Positions 30,001 through 41,528 of a stretch of DNA of 64,000 bases are shown in pieces. The translations under genes and the position numbers were made by a program. The notes below the pieces were generated by a model. It saw only the letters and a list, made by a program, of their open reading frames with translations, made no database searches and was not told the origin of the DNA. Source of the DNA: an uncultured candidate division Zixibacteria bacterium (GTDB lineage Bacteria > Zixibacteria > MSB-5A5 > RBG-16-43-9); assembly GCA_963713865.1 (NCBI GenBank), contig OY970208.1:2432001-2496000 (forward strand), given 5' to 3'. Position 1 is the first letter of the stretch, and the number at the start of each line of letters is the position of its first letter.

Positions 30001-30926
30001 AAGCCTTACGAAACTATAAAAGGAGCGCTTCTATTTATTCCCGCATTGGAGCACGCTCCTCAGTTATCATCCCCTTGAGCAACATAGCTAACATCAGTTT
30101 AGATCAGGCAGATTATCGCTCAGCTTTAGAACATAACCAGAAATGTATGGAGATGTCTGAGAAGGTAGGGGCAGTCTGGAATACTTCAATCAACGCTCAT
30201 AACCAGGGATGTATCTATCAGCTCATAAATGAGCTGGATAGAGCTATAGAAATCTCTCATAAAAGCTACGCTTTAAAGTGTAAATTGAAAGATACCTTTG
30301 GAAAGGCTGGAGCTTTTAACCTCCTGGGAGATATATACAGGATAAAAGGTGAATGGTTTAAATCTGAAAGATATTTGCAGAAAGCCATAAAGATCTACCA
30401 GGAATTAAACAGTAAACCTGGAGAAGCTGAAGGTCTAAAGTCCTGGGCAGAACTAAATTTAGAAACCGGAAACTATCCCCTGGCTTTTGAGCTTATAAAA
30501 AATGCTCTTAAGCTTTCAGAGGAGTCTCAGGACGTTGGCCTTATCCTCTCCACCCTTCTTCTTCTGGGAAAGACTAAATTAAGAGCCAAGATCTCAAACT
30601 GGGATCAGAAAGATTTCTCTTATGAAGAGATCGAAAAAGACTTGAAAACCGCGCTGGATAAAGCTGAATCTCTGCAAAAACCGGAATTGCAGTGGGAGAT
30701 CCTAACCAGCTTAGGCAATCTATATCAATCTCAGAAAAGATATACTCAAGCCATCAAATTTTATAAAAAAGCGGTAAATGTTCTCAGGGAAATCTATGCT
30801 AAAGTACCTGAACAATTCCGAAGCTCATATCTTTCAGAGCCCAAGAAAATTCAGCTAAGGAAAGATACCTCTCGACTGAAAGAAGAGATCAAAACCCGGA
30901 GTAGAGCTTTAGTTGGAGTAACTTAA
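27075..30926 (+). CDS. Ser/Thr kinase - AAA/STAND ATPase - TPR protein
   Basis: GEGGMG, HNDIKPEN, DFG, APE; Walker A GRSGIGKT; FDDLHLAD; GGNPFF; many TPRs. Confidence 0.88.
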   Translation: MKKRIKAISRSSDKVPMDIINNRYRILRKLGEGGMGSVFLAEDSLENNKKIALKTIKADQQRLPALERFKNEFKSLTELHHPNLAEVYDFGIIRGSSSGEEEYFFTLEYVEGKDFFEASENLSCEELYELIVQVCRALEYVHLRGFLHNDIKPENILIQNPGKGKYLAKLMDFGLAEEKPTPGKIKGTAHYIAPEIASGKPSSRLSDLYSLGVVLYQVSTRKLPFDGKSPIEILKNQIEQEPAPPQRVKPDIPDPLQTIILKLLSKNPENRYQSANEIIEALNNLAQKDFQIDIPDTGESYLFSGKFIGRQKERSLFQEYQQRLLKEKKGGFILIRGRSGIGKTRLLNEFRYNIQLNKLHYFSGKVISESSTPYQPIKEILKQVIPLFEESSLKKYIWILQKLIPESFPSRSEVELTRLNPEQEKLKLYDAVTQLFLEFSEFIPSVFSFDDLHLADQSSLELLNYIFRNIKGYPTLILGSYQDEEKEEKKGTTIFENEFQELKAEGLLTEICLESFELQEIEELLKSMLGLETIPSGFIQKLKELTGGNPFFLQEVMKAIIEKKTFSRKDLLWSLEKFDFSELKIPKTMKGVLSERIKKLEPSLLSIAQCLAVFNRATQSELIQKSLFPLKDELITGLKALQKMEFVELDYERETEVYILNNAQLRDVIYEEMDSELRKEMHQALGLLLEDFYKQNRKAHSEELAYHFNSSPDKKRALSYSLLAGRRSKKIYANNEAIKFFENALLLLAKKNNYKVESKVFENIIELYQLLGKYDLAIQKFEEWIKICPEPRKKARAYEKIGMIYEKKGEFDLALEHLKKGIEYLDPEENTWEMARLCYDSGFVHSRKGEFDPAKGFYEKALKILEDKNDHASQKEVGKLFNATGVVHWYQGKYDQASEYYWKSIEIFQKIKDEQEISSPYNNLGNISFDRGSYDQAIEYYQKSLSLREKMGDTNTIAGSYNNLGNAYYKKGSFAEALRNYKRSASIYSRIGARSSVIIPLSNIANISLDQADYRSALEHNQKCMEMSEKVGAVWNTSINAHNQGCIYQLINELDRAIEISHKSYALKCKLKDTFGKAGAFNLLGDIYRIKGEWFKSERYLQKAIKIYQELNSKPGEAEGLKSWAELNLETGNYPLAFELIKNALKLSEESQDVGLILSTLLLLGKTKLRAKISNWDQKDFSYEEIEKDLKTALDKAESLQKPELQWEILTSLGNLYQSQKRYTQAIKFYKKAVNVLREIYAKVPEQFRSSYLSEPKKIQLRKDTSRLKEEIKTRSRALVGVT

Positions 30927-30959
30927 AGATCCTATTAAAAAGAATATGAGGTTTTTCTA

Positions 30960-33900
30960 ATGCTCACTTCAGACCTGAAAAAGAAAAGCACTTCCTCCTC
31001 TTATGAGGGCGCCGAAGTCTTCAGATCAATGGAAAACGACTTAGAGGAAGCAGAAATTGGAGCCATCGAGCTGGATAAAGCCAGACAGAGTCATTTCCAG
31101 GACCAATCCCTACGCCAGCTTTTAGAGATCAGTAACGCTATGAATTCCAATTTAAAGCTGGAGCGACTTTTAAGCTATGTTATGGATCAGGTCATAGAGA
31201 TGACCAAAGCGGAATACGGTTATCTTATCTCCTTAAAAGAGGATGGTGATTTAGAATTCAAGGTGGCTCATAACCTGGCTAAAGAGGAGATCGAAAGCGC
31301 TGAGTTTGAGATAAGCCGAAGCGTGATCCGGGAGGTAATAGAAACCCAGAACAACAGTTTTTTTACAGAACGCCTCCCAGGATGAAAAGTTCAAAAACCA
31401 AAACAGCATCTTAGACCTGCAGCTGAAATCGATACTGTGCGTTCCCTTAAAAAGAAAGCAGAAGCTCTTGGGTTTAATCTACTTAGAAAATAGAACTATC
31501 GCCGGGATGTTCACTCCAGATCAAACCGAGCTCTTAGAGATCTTTGCCAATCAGGCTGCCACCGCTATAGAGAATGCCCAGTTATTTGAGTTAACTGATG
31601 AGAAGCTCCAAAAAAAAGTCCACGAGCTCTCAGCCATTAACTCGGTCATCTCTACTATCAGCCGGACCATGGACCTTAAATTGATTTATTATGATACCGT
31701 CAGGATCATTAAACAAATCACCAAAGCTGATTATGCAGGCATTCATATAATAAAAAATAACCGTATTGTTCTGGAAGCTTTTTTAGGTCTCGAATCTTAT
31801 CTGCTTAACAAAAATAGGATAGCGAATATAGATACACCCTGGGCGAAAAAGTTTCTTGAGCCACTGAAGTGGTTAAAAAACAATCCTCTGGCTGAGTTAA
31901 ATGATTTCATCTCCTCGGAGGCAAAAGACCTGGGAATTCAAACTTATCTCTGTATCCCTTTAAAATCCAAGGAGAACTTAATAGGATTAATGGTCCTAGC
32001 AAGCGTGGAACCTAACCATTTCACTGAAGAGAATATTGATCTTCTCTCTTCTATTGCCAACCAAGTCGGGGTTGGAATTGAAAACGTTCAGTTATATCTA
32101 AAGGAGACCAACAAAGCCAGACGTCTAAGGGTTATCAATCAGATCGGTTTAAAGATCACCTCTATTCTGGATATCGAGAAGGTTCTGGAAGAAGTTATCA
32201 GCCTGCTATACTCGGAAATGAATTACTATGGTGTAACTATAGGTTTAATTCATAAGGATGAGTTAATTATAAAAGGTGCCTATGAAGATAATACTGGAAA
32301 ACACGCTCAGCATACTCACAGTTTAGATTTAAAAGAAAATAGTATAATTGGCTGGGTGGTGGAAAATAACCAGCCGTTGTTAGTAAGAGACGTGCACTCT
32401 GATCCACGCTATTATTATTTTGAGGGATTAAAGGACACCAGATCTGAATTAGCCGTCCCCATCGAATTACAGGGTAAAATCTTGGGGGTTTTAGATGTCC
32501 AGAGCAACAAAATCGATTTCTTCGAAGATGAAGATCTACAACTTCTTCAATCCATTGCCAATCAGGCTGCTGTAGCTCTGGAAAACGCCAGGCTCTATGC
32601 TAACAGCGAAAAGAAAATTCAAGAGCTTTCGGTTCTAAACGAAGTTGGTAGGGTAGTGAACTCCACCCTGGATTTAGACCAGATTTTAGAACATATCTAC
32701 AAACAATTGTCCTCAGTGATTAACTCCCCTTCTTACTATGTGGCTTTATATGATGAGAAAAACGCGAGATTGAATTTCGAGATCTTAATCGATGAAGGGA
32801 AGCGATTCTCCAAAACCACCACTCCCTTAGGCGAAGGAACGGTAAGTTATGTAATAAAAACCAAAAAGCCTTTGCTCATTCGCGACATCGAATCTGAGAT
32901 TAATAACCTGCCAATCAAGATAGAGACAGTGGGAAGTGAAAAGATCTCTTCCTCCTGGATGGGAGTGCCGATGATGTCCGGGGATAAGGTGTTAGGTGTT
33001 TTAGCTGTAGCCAGTTACGAGAAAAATGCCTTTTCGGAAGAAGACCTTCAATTTTTGACAAATATTTCCAACCAGGCTGCAATTGCCATAGTCAATGCAC
33101 AGCTTTTTCACCAGGTGTTAAAGGGAAAACAGGAATGGGAACAAACCTTCGATTCGATAACCGACCTGATCTGCTTGATCGATCCAGAATATAGAATTAT
33201 CCGGGTGAATAGAACCTTAGCTCAAAAATTAGGTGAACAGCCAGAAGGAATAATCGGTAAAAAATGCCATCAGGTCTTTCATCCTGAGTCAGATACACCC
33301 TGTCCTGAGTGTGCCCATCGTCAAGCTATGATCTCTAAAAAACCCTTTACTCTGGAGACCAAAAGCATAGGGAGTAATGAAATATTTTTGTGTTCAGCTT
33401 TCCCGCGTTTCAGTTCCAAAGAAGAATTCATCGGCAGTGTTTATGTGCTTAGAGATATAACTGAGCAGAAAAGGCTCAGGGAGCAATTAGTCCAGTCGGA
33501 GAAGATGGCTGCGGTGGGACAGTTAGTTTCGGGAGTAGCCCATGAGCTTAATAACCCCTTAGCTGGAGTCATGGGATATGCCCAGCTTTTATTGATGCGA
33601 AATGATCTGGATGACAAAACTCAGAGTTACCTGAACAAAATCAGTAAAGAGTCGGATCGTGCAAAAAACATTGTTAACAATTTACTCACCTTCGCACGTA
33701 AACATAAGCCAGAGAAAAAATTCCTGGATATAAATACTATCCTGGAACAAACCATAGTGTTAAGAGCTTATGACCTGAAAGTCAGCAGTGTCCAGGTACT
33801 TAAAAATTTTGACCCCCAACTGCCCAAGACCATGGCTGATTTCTACCAGCTTCAGCAAGTATTTCTCAATATTTTCAACAATGCCCAGCAAGCTATTCTG

Positions 33901-34596
33901 GAATCAAAAGGTAAGGGCGAAATCAAAATCACTACTCAAAAATTGGGAGAGATGATTCAGATAGCTTTTGAAGATAATGGCCCGGGTATCCCGGAGGAGA
34001 ACCTTAACAAAATCTTCGAGCCCTTTTTCACTACCAAGGAAGTAGGAAGGGGAACCGGACTGGGCTTAAGCATCTCATACGGGATAATTCAGCAACATAG
34101 TGGAAAGATCTATGCTCGAAGTACCCTGGGACAGGGTGCCACTTTCATAATCGAGCTACCCATACTAAAAGAAGAGGGTGTAAGTGAAACTGAGAGAAAA
34201 GAAAAACCTAAACCTTTGAAACGAAAGATAGAAAGTAAGAATATTTTAGTGATAGACGATGAGCAATCGATTCTGGATATTCTGATGAATACCTTACAAC
34301 AGGAAGGTCATCAGGTAGATGTGGCATCTAACGGAAGAATAGCTTTATCCAAGGTTAAGGAAACTGACTATGACCTGGTGATAACCGATATAAAGATGCC
34401 AGATTTTGATGGTAGAAGGTTTTTCAAAGAGGTAGAGAAACATAATCAGAAATTAGCTGAAAAGATTATCTTTACCACCGGAGACCTGGCCAATCCCGAA
34501 ACCCAGGCTTTCCTGGAAAATACCAACCGACCTTGCATCGCCAAGCCTTTCAATTTAGAAGATGTCAAACAGACGGTCTTGAGATTTTTTGAATAA
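30960..34596 (+). CDS. Multi-GAF, PAS, histidine kinase, REC hybrid sensor; frameshifted at about 31342-31382
   Basis: The first GAF domain continues in the +1 frame ([29 protein letters not shown]) into ORF 31468; [26 protein letters not shown]. Confidence 0.82.
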
Positions 34597-34680
34597 AATT
34601 ATTCCCCTTTTATAAATTATTTTTATAAGGGCACGGCAGGCCGTGCCCTTATTATCATTAAACTTTCTTCCTGAACGATA

Positions 34681-35649
34681 TTATTTTTTCATCTCTTGTC
34701 TGAGTTTTTCTAAATCCTCCTTCAGTTTCTCTAGTTCTTCTTTAAGTCCCTCCAGCTCCTTTTTTAGTTGTCTCTCGTCCGTAGAAAACTCTTTCTGGAT
34801 AAGAGGTTCAGGGATTTTGAGCTTTTCCGTAAATATTTTTATCTTATCCATATCCGGCCGGACCGTCTTTGACCATTCCTCTGCTTCCTGCAGAGTGACG
34901 GAAAATCTCATAGGTTTTTTCTCTCTAAATACTTCCAGATTGACTTTGTCTCCCTTCTCCTTATCAGAGACTATCTCCAGAAGCTCGTCAGAATTTTCAA
35001 CTTTGCGACTATCCACTTCCACGATCACGTCCCCGGCTTTTAATCCAGCTTGTTCTGCTGGACTTTCCTTCTCCACCTCAGTAATCAGCACACCTTCTCC
35101 ATTTTTAACCCCAAAGTAGTTCCCTAACTGATCAGTTAAATCCTGAATGGAAATCCCCAGCTTTGACCCTGAAAAAATAGACATCTTGAAAGGGAATCCC
35201 TTTTTCTTCTCCAGCTGTAGTCCTTCAGGAAAAGGGTTATACATACTTGAGGAAGAACTCTCACCCAGAGTAACCTGGATGATCTTCCTTTTCCCATCCC
35301 GGATGACCTTCAGTTCAATCTTGGTTTTGGGAGAAGTTTTTCTAACTAAACTGGTGAGGTCATCAACTGATAATACCCTCTTGCCATTAAAGGAGATTAT
35401 CACATCCCCATCCTCCAATCCTCCCTCTTCAGCCGGGCTATCCTCCACCACTCCACTGACCAGGACACCCTCTGTGGCTTCATCTAAATCCATTGATTCC
35501 TTTAGTCCAGAGGTAAGCTCCTGCAGATAAACTCCCAGCCAGCCCTGTTTTTTGTCCTTAACAGTTTTTTCAGCCCAGCTTAAGCTCAGGAATAGAAAAA
35601 CTACCAGGACCAGAAGCAGAAGCGTTGCTTTTGATAATTTTTTTAACAT
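34681..35649 (-). CDS. Exported tandem-PDZ domain protein
   Basis: Signal peptide; GWLGV...SPAEEGGLEDGDVI and a second similar PDZ; no protease domain seen. Confidence 0.8.
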   Translation of the reverse strand: MLKKLSKATLLLLVLVVFLFLSLSWAEKTVKDKKQGWLGVYLQELTSGLKESMDLDEATEGVLVSGVVEDSPAEEGGLEDGDVIISFNGKRVLSVDDLTSLVRKTSPKTKIELKVIRDGKRKIIQVTLGESSSSSMYNPFPEGLQLEKKKGFPFKMSIFSGSKLGISIQDLTDQLGNYFGVKNGEGVLITEVEKESPAEQAGLKAGDVIVEVDSRKVENSDELLEIVSDKEKGDKVNLEVFREKKPMRFSVTLQEAEEWSKTVRPDMDKIKIFTEKLKIPEPLIQKEFSTDERQLKKELEGLKEELEKLKEDLEKLRQEMKK

Positions 35650-35872
35650 CGTATCACCTCCTTATCGTTTTATCTTTCAATAATTTTTACAATCATTTTA
35701 ACAAAATTGTTCCAGTATTTTGCAAAAATATTATTAATAGTTATAGGGGCGTATTGCAATACGCCCCTACCTCATCCTATATTCTATCAAAAAATATCTT
35801 TACAATTCTAAATTCTGAGGCTAAATTATTTTTCAGGATATTTTTTTCTACCAGTCTTTAAAGGAGGAGAAT

Positions 35873-36169
35873 ATGCCAACCTATATATTGATGACCAAGC
35901 TATCACCGGAGGTAACCAAAAGGATGAAACAGAGGGCTGAACTGGGGAAGGAATGGATGGAGGTAGTTAAAAGCAAATGCCCGGAGGTAAAATTCATCTG
36001 CCATTATGCCCTGCTTGGCCCTTACGATTTTCTGGATATCTACGAAGCCCCGGATGCAGAGACTGCGGCTAAGGTCTCTATGATCAGCCTTTCCTATGGT
36101 GCTATTCAGGCTGAAAGCTGGACTGCTATCCCGTATAAAAGATTTTTGGAACTAAGCCAGGAGATCTGA
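35873..36169 (+). CDS. GYD domain protein
   Basis: YALLGPYDFLDIYEAPD motif; GGAGG RBS. Confidence 0.75.
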   Translation: MPTYILMTKLSPEVTKRMKQRAELGKEWMEVVKSKCPEVKFICHYALLGPYDFLDIYEAPDAETAAKVSMISLSYGAIQAESWTAIPYKRFLELSQEI

Positions 36170-36318
36170 AATGGGAAATGGTTTTCGTAGTGCGACCCTT
36201 TCAGGGTCGCTTGTTTTTTCCATTCTCTATTGGTTTCCAAACATCTGAGAAAAGAACAGGGGCGTATTGCCATACGCCCCTGCAAACTCCAATCCGCCTT
36301 AGGCGGACAGACTGTATT

Positions 36319-39300
36319 TCAACAAGGCGGAGGTCCGCCCTTGAAAAGGTAATTGATCAAATAAACCACATCGCTGACCGATACTTTACCATCACAATTA
36401 GTATCTCCAACCAGCAATTCTGGAACAGGTGCGACCCCGCCTTTGAAAAGGTAGCTAATTAAGAAGACCACATCAGTAATATCTATTGCCAGATCATAAT
36501 TGACATCTCCTGACAACCATACAGAGGTTTTGGATTTCACCCTTACATCATCTATGTAGAAACCCTCTCCATCGTATGTATATTGGTTATCGCTTACAAA
36601 GGAGAACCTGAGATATACACTTGTACCAGGAGGAATATGGGAAAGATCATAACTGTATTCTAGCCAATCGTTGCCAGTATTCAAAAGCGAGTCCAAAGCG
36701 CCACCTGTACCGATAAAGTCAAGTGTATCAGACTCTCCACTCAATGAGTTTACTATCTCCACATATATCCCATCAACACCGTAGTTGGTCACATCATACC
36801 AAAGCCAGAATAAAAGATTGGATTCAGGACCCAGGATAAAAGAAGAGCTTTTAAGCCAGGATGCCATATTATTATTGAAATACCAGGACCCTTCTATCCC
36901 GTTATACCAGCTCCAATCGCCCGAGTGTTTTCTGTGGCTGCTAAGATGCCATAAGTCATCAGCGCCTCCATGACTCCATTGGCTTGTGCCTGCTTCCATA
37001 TCATCCTTAAATCCCCCTTCGCCAATACTCAGGATGAAACTATCCTGAAACGAACACAGTTCGCTAGTCTCAGCGCGGAGATGCAGATAAGGAAAATAGA
37101 TAGAAGGACAGGTGGGAAGCAGATATACTTCAAAGCTCCCATACAAGCTCTTACCAGAACCAATATCGCCAAAGCTGGCTATGCTATCGGTGATATTTAC
37201 ATAAGGACTGGTGCTGGAAAGATGGCCGGTTACATTCCGCGCCGGCTCCTGTCCCTGGTTTTTCAAATAAAACCGAAGATCGAGATTCTCCCCGGGCTCT
37301 GGCTTGCCATTTCCATTTCCTCCAGCTGCATCATTCACCGAATAATTTTGATATACCAGATTAGGCGTGACCACAATTATAGGAATCATACTGCTCCCGG
37401 AAAATCCAGAGGTATCGCTAAATTCCAGATTAAAATAAATCACCTGATCATTAGGACAATTTGAGTCAATGGCGAATCTATATGGTTCGAGACTTAAACT
37501 GATCTCACCCGGGTTGATGATTCCGAAAGTCTGCACACTATCGGTTATGGTGATGTAGGGGTTGCCTTTTGAGTTCAAAATACCAGTCACGCTATACGCA
37601 GTCTCAGTTCCCCAATTCTTCAGGTTGACAGACATTTGAATGTTTTCTCCGGGATTTGGTAAACCATCACCGTTACCACCTGAAAAATCATCTAAGCTGT
37701 GCTCGTAACAGGAAATGTAAACTCCAGTGGAGACTACCGCTACAGTGTCGATGTAAGGAAGGAAATCGTGAGCAGTTAAGGTAACATACATCTCTCCAGC
37801 AGAGGATGGTGAAATCTCAAAACTAATCTGTCCCTGCTGGTCGGTCAAGCCCCGCTGGTATACCTCATCTCCTTTCATAAGACATACCAAAGCACCCGGC
37901 ACGGATTCCACTCCTCCGAAACCACTGTGAACGGTAATAGTATACTGACTTGTACCCACGATGATTGTGTCTGGATTCTGTACCAGAAGTACTTGAGGTG
38001 TATCCGTCCATATGGACATCTCCGGCTCGCCCAGAAGATTGATCTCATACATACACCAGCGATACACGTTTTCCTGTTGAGCCATAGGAACATAAAAAGA
38101 TTTCATATTTGCTACCGTAGCACCTATGTTATAAATGCTCCTGGAAAACAAAGTAGCGAAGAATTGCTGATCGAACCGGTCCGAATACCCATATTCTGGA
38201 TTACCAGGAGCTCCCCATCCGTATCTCGAATTCCCGATAAAAGCTACGCCTCCGCCATTCGGGTTGTTAATGAAATGTTCTGCCATACAGTCATAATCAA
38301 AAGCAGCAGGCCAGCAGCCGATAGAATAGAGGATCGAATTTCGGGGATTGTTATTGAGCCCATCCATATCAGAACGACCGAGATAATCACTTCCCACCCC
38401 CATCACGCTGTAGTTAGCATGTCCATCATGGTTGATGATATTTTGTCCCTCATTCATGGCTGCCAATACCGTGCTTTTGTTCTCATTTCCTAATGCCTCG
38501 TAGAGTTTGGTAATAGGATCAAACTGTGGGGGAACATATCTTTCGTCGATAAGATCCTTTCCAATCCCTGAGTTAGTGTAAGGATCAGACCATAAGATCT
38601 CTCCTAAAAAAAGCATCTTAGTTTGATAGTCCGTGGGAGGATTCTTCTCATAGGTCAAAATTTTATTCACCAAAGCCTGGGCTTTTGTCACGTTACTGCA
38701 CGAAGCTCTTCCTACGAAAACATCGGAGTACATATCAACTGAGTCCTCCACTTCTCCATAGACATGATTGCCGTTACCGTCCCACGTCCCATCCAGATCG
38801 GAAAAATATAGATCGCACTGTATGTTATTCTCATCTGGATAATAACCCGCTTCGCAGTCCATAGCCCAGGCAACTCTTGCCGGGACCTGATTGACATCCC
38901 CTCCCAGAAGTACCCAGAGGGTTCCCCAGTTCTGGTAAGCATCCTTGATGAAATTCCTTATCCTCTCTGCATTATCATATCCAGAATAATGGCTATAGAT
39001 CCAGTTAGTAGTGACGATCCTTGTTGGGATGCCCTTTTGGGTTTTCCAATCTGCCAGGGGCTGAAATGCGGATACAAAAGAGGTCTCGGTAACGATTATA
39101 TACTCGTAATCTCCCGGAGGAACAAATGATTTTGTGACCCTCTTGGGTTCAAGGTTTAAGCTAACTGCATCGGGGTTCAAAGTAGTTTTTCTTAACACGG
39201 TCTCATAAACCTGAGTACCGGTAAGAGATCTCTTCATTATCGGCAGGGGTCTCTTCCCTCCCGGAGAGTAATTGATCTTGAATTCTATGTGAGAATAGAA

Positions 39301-39795
39301 CTTTACCTTCTTCTCAGCAGGAATATACTGAAGCGGGTAGACCAGGATGTTTGCCAGTTGATACCCTCCTAAAAAACCGGTACCAGTATATTCAAGTAGT
39401 CTGCCCGGGTATTCTATATTCTGTTGATAAATCTTAGGCTCAGGTGGAACAAATAGAATAGGCTGTTGTATAAGAGAAAGGATTCGAGGTGGCTGAACTG
39501 GTAAGATCTGATACTGGTCGGGAAGGAATTCCCCTCTGACATAAGTCACCAGCACCTCTTCCACCTCAGAGCCAGGAGGAAGGGCTACATGAACTAGCTT
39601 TACAGGAAGCTGGGGGAATCCTACTTCATTCGTGATATCACAACCCTTTATATTGAGTATATCAAATCCATCTGAGCTTGAAAAAATCAGATCCTCTGTG
39701 GAGAACTCCACTGTATGAGAAAGTTCCGCGGACTCTGTCTTGCCTGGCCTGAAAAGAAAAAGGAAACACGCTAAAAACAAAATTCTAAGTCTCAT
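36319..39795 (-). CDS. Gingipain-like C25 cysteine peptidase with propeptide and dockerin-like tail
   Basis: LLGGD, DLYFSDLDG, HDGH...SIGC catalytic region; GDVNYD/GDTNCDG dockerin-like repeats. Confidence 0.85.
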   Translation of the reverse strand: MRLRILFLACFLFLFRPGKTESAELSHTVEFSTEDLIFSSSDGFDILNIKGCDITNEVGFPQLPVKLVHVALPPGSEVEEVLVTYVRGEFLPDQYQILPVQPPRILSLIQQPILFVPPEPKIYQQNIEYPGRLLEYTGTGFLGGYQLANILVYPLQYIPAEKKVKFYSHIEFKINYSPGGKRPLPIMKRSLTGTQVYETVLRKTTLNPDAVSLNLEPKRVTKSFVPPGDYEYIIVTETSFVSAFQPLADWKTQKGIPTRIVTTNWIYSHYSGYDNAERIRNFIKDAYQNWGTLWVLLGGDVNQVPARVAWAMDCEAGYYPDENNIQCDLYFSDLDGTWDGNGNHVYGEVEDSVDMYSDVFVGRASCSNVTKAQALVNKILTYEKNPPTDYQTKMLFLGEILWSDPYTNSGIGKDLIDERYVPPQFDPITKLYEALGNENKSTVLAAMNEGQNIINHDGHANYSVMGVGSDYLGRSDMDGLNNNPRNSILYSIGCWPAAFDYDCMAEHFINNPNGGGVAFIGNSRYGWGAPGNPEYGYSDRFDQQFFATLFSRSIYNIGATVANMKSFYVPMAQQENVYRWCMYEINLLGEPEMSIWTDTPQVLLVQNPDTIIVGTSQYTITVHSGFGGVESVPGALVCLMKGDEVYQRGLTDQQGQISFEISPSSAGEMYVTLTAHDFLPYIDTVAVVSTGVYISCYEHSLDDFSGGNGDGLPNPGENIQMSVNLKNWGTETAYSVTGILNSKGNPYITITDSVQTFGIINPGEISLSLEPYRFAIDSNCPNDQVIYFNLEFSDTSGFSGSSMIPIIVVTPNLVYQNYSVNDAAGGNGNGKPEPGENLDLRFYLKNQGQEPARNVTGHLSSTSPYVNITDSIASFGDIGSGKSLYGSFEVYLLPTCPSIYFPYLHLRAETSELCSFQDSFILSIGEGGFKDDMEAGTSQWSHGGADDLWHLSSHRKHSGDWSWYNGIEGSWYFNNNMASWLKSSSFILGPESNLLFWLWYDVTNYGVDGIYVEIVNSLSGESDTLDFIGTGGALDSLLNTGNDWLEYSYDLSHIPPGTSVYLRFSFVSDNQYTYDGEGFYIDDVRVKSKTSVWLSGDVNYDLAIDITDVVFLISYLFKGGVAPVPELLVGDTNCDGKVSVSDVVYLINYLFKGGPPPC

Positions 39796-39990
39796 TACTA
39801 CACCTCCTTAATCAGAAATGAGCAAGTAATTGATCTTTACGAGCTTAATATAAGTGATTTTGTGATTTTGTCAACTTTTCGACTTCATTCTAATAGGATA
39901 AATTAGGTCTATATACTCTACAAATAGTTTCTTGACACGTATTATTTTTAGAATTATATTGACAAAAATTTTTTCGAGGACAATCCCGTT

Positions 39991-41265
39991 ATGTCACAAA
40001 ACGATTACAAATATATAAAAGAACACGAAGACCAGCTTTTAAAATGCCTTAAGTGCGGCACCTGCCTGCCTGCCTGCCCTTTGTATGCGGAGCTTAAATA
40101 TGAGCCAGCCGCACCCAGAGGAAGGGTAGCTTTAATCGATGCCGCCTATAAAGGGGAGATCGACTTAACTGAGGTTTTCAGAAAAAAAATAGCTTTCTGC
40201 CTGAACTGTAAATCCTGCGTGGAAAATTGTCCCAGCGGAGTAAAAGTAGACGACTTGATTTTAACTGCCAGAGCTGAATTAGTCGAAAAAGGAAAGCTGA
40301 CCCTCATAGAAAGACTCATCTTCAGACATCTAATGAAAAGAGGAAGACTCCTCCCCCCTGTAGCTAAATGGGCAACCTTTATGGGCAGATTAGCCCAGAA
40401 AATGCTGCCGAGCAGCACCACCTTAAAACTATTCTTACCTATACCTGAAGGCTTTAAAGAAAGGATTTATCCCCGGATCGCTAAAAAGAACGCACGAAAA
40501 AGATTCCCTGAACTAATCAAGGTAAAAAATCCTAAGATGAGGGTCGGCTATTTTGTTGGCTGCGGAACAGATCTGGTTTATCCTGAGATAGCCGAGGCAG
40601 TGATAAAAGTTTTAACCCATAATGATATCGAGGTTGTCATTCCCAGAGGATGGGTTTGCTGTGGAACTTCAATCTATAACTCTGGTGATTTTAAAACCGG
40701 GATTAAACACGCCAGAAAGAACTTGAAAGTTTTCAATGAAGCTAAAGTGGATGCCATTGTAACCAACTGTGCCTCCTGCGGCTTGACCTTGAAAAAAGAG
40801 TATCCTGAACTTTTGAAAGTTGGAAAATTCGATGCCCCGGTTTATGATATAAACGAATTTCTAACTAAAGTGATTAAACTGAAAGACGATTTCAAATCAA
40901 TCGATTATAAAGTTACCTACCATGATCCCTGCCATCTGAACCGGGGACAGGGAATAAAAGCCGAGCCCAGAAAAATCTTGAAAAGCCTGCCCGGAGTCAA
41001 ATTCACCGATATGAAAGATGCAGACCGGTGCTGTGGCGGAGGAGGCTCTTTCCATTTAAAATATTATCCCATTTCCGTAGGTGTAATGCAGAAGAAATTG
41101 GTCAATATGGAAAAACTCGATGCAGATACCCTGGTAACCTCCTGCCCCGGCTGTATGATGAGATTTGAGGAAACGTTTTTACAGAAACAAAACGGCAAGA
41201 AAGTCAAGCACATAGTCCAGCTCTTAGCTGAAGCCTACGGAGATAAAGATCGTCGAGACGCATAG
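39991..41265 (+). CDS. glcF: GlcF-like Fe-S oxidoreductase (2x 4Fe-4S + CCG domains)
   Basis: CLKCGTCLPACP, CLNCKSCVENCP, CCG, YHDPCHL, CCGGGG. Confidence 0.8.
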   Translation: MSQNDYKYIKEHEDQLLKCLKCGTCLPACPLYAELKYEPAAPRGRVALIDAAYKGEIDLTEVFRKKIAFCLNCKSCVENCPSGVKVDDLILTARAELVEKGKLTLIERLIFRHLMKRGRLLPPVAKWATFMGRLAQKMLPSSTTLKLFLPIPEGFKERIYPRIAKKNARKRFPELIKVKNPKMRVGYFVGCGTDLVYPEIAEAVIKVLTHNDIEVVIPRGWVCCGTSIYNSGDFKTGIKHARKNLKVFNEAKVDAIVTNCASCGLTLKKEYPELLKVGKFDAPVYDINEFLTKVIKLKDDFKSIDYKVTYHDPCHLNRGQGIKAEPRKILKSLPGVKFTDMKDADRCCGGGGSFHLKYYPISVGVMQKKLVNMEKLDADTLVTSCPGCMMRFEETFLQKQNGKKVKHIVQLLAEAYGDKDRRDA

Positions 41266-41528
41266 CCATGCGTCTCTCCTTTTTTCTAACAGCTCCTTGT
41301 AGAGAATATCCTGATATTTTCAAATCATTCGTAACAGATTCTCGTAAAAGCTTTAATCAAGTTTAACGTTATAATACAAGCGTGACGCTGAAGTTGGTTC
41401 TGAGAGGTAATCCGTTGCCTGTTCAGTGCCGATTTATATTAATAGTAAAGCTAAAAGATTACAGCTTTTTGCTTGCATTTTAAGCTGTTAGTGTTTTTAT
41501 TTGAGACAAAACTTGAGGGTTTTAAGAG

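Noticed and set aside
31383-31385. Selenocysteine read-through of TGA
   Set aside because: GAF-like sequence continues in a different frame, so this is a frameshift rather than recoding.
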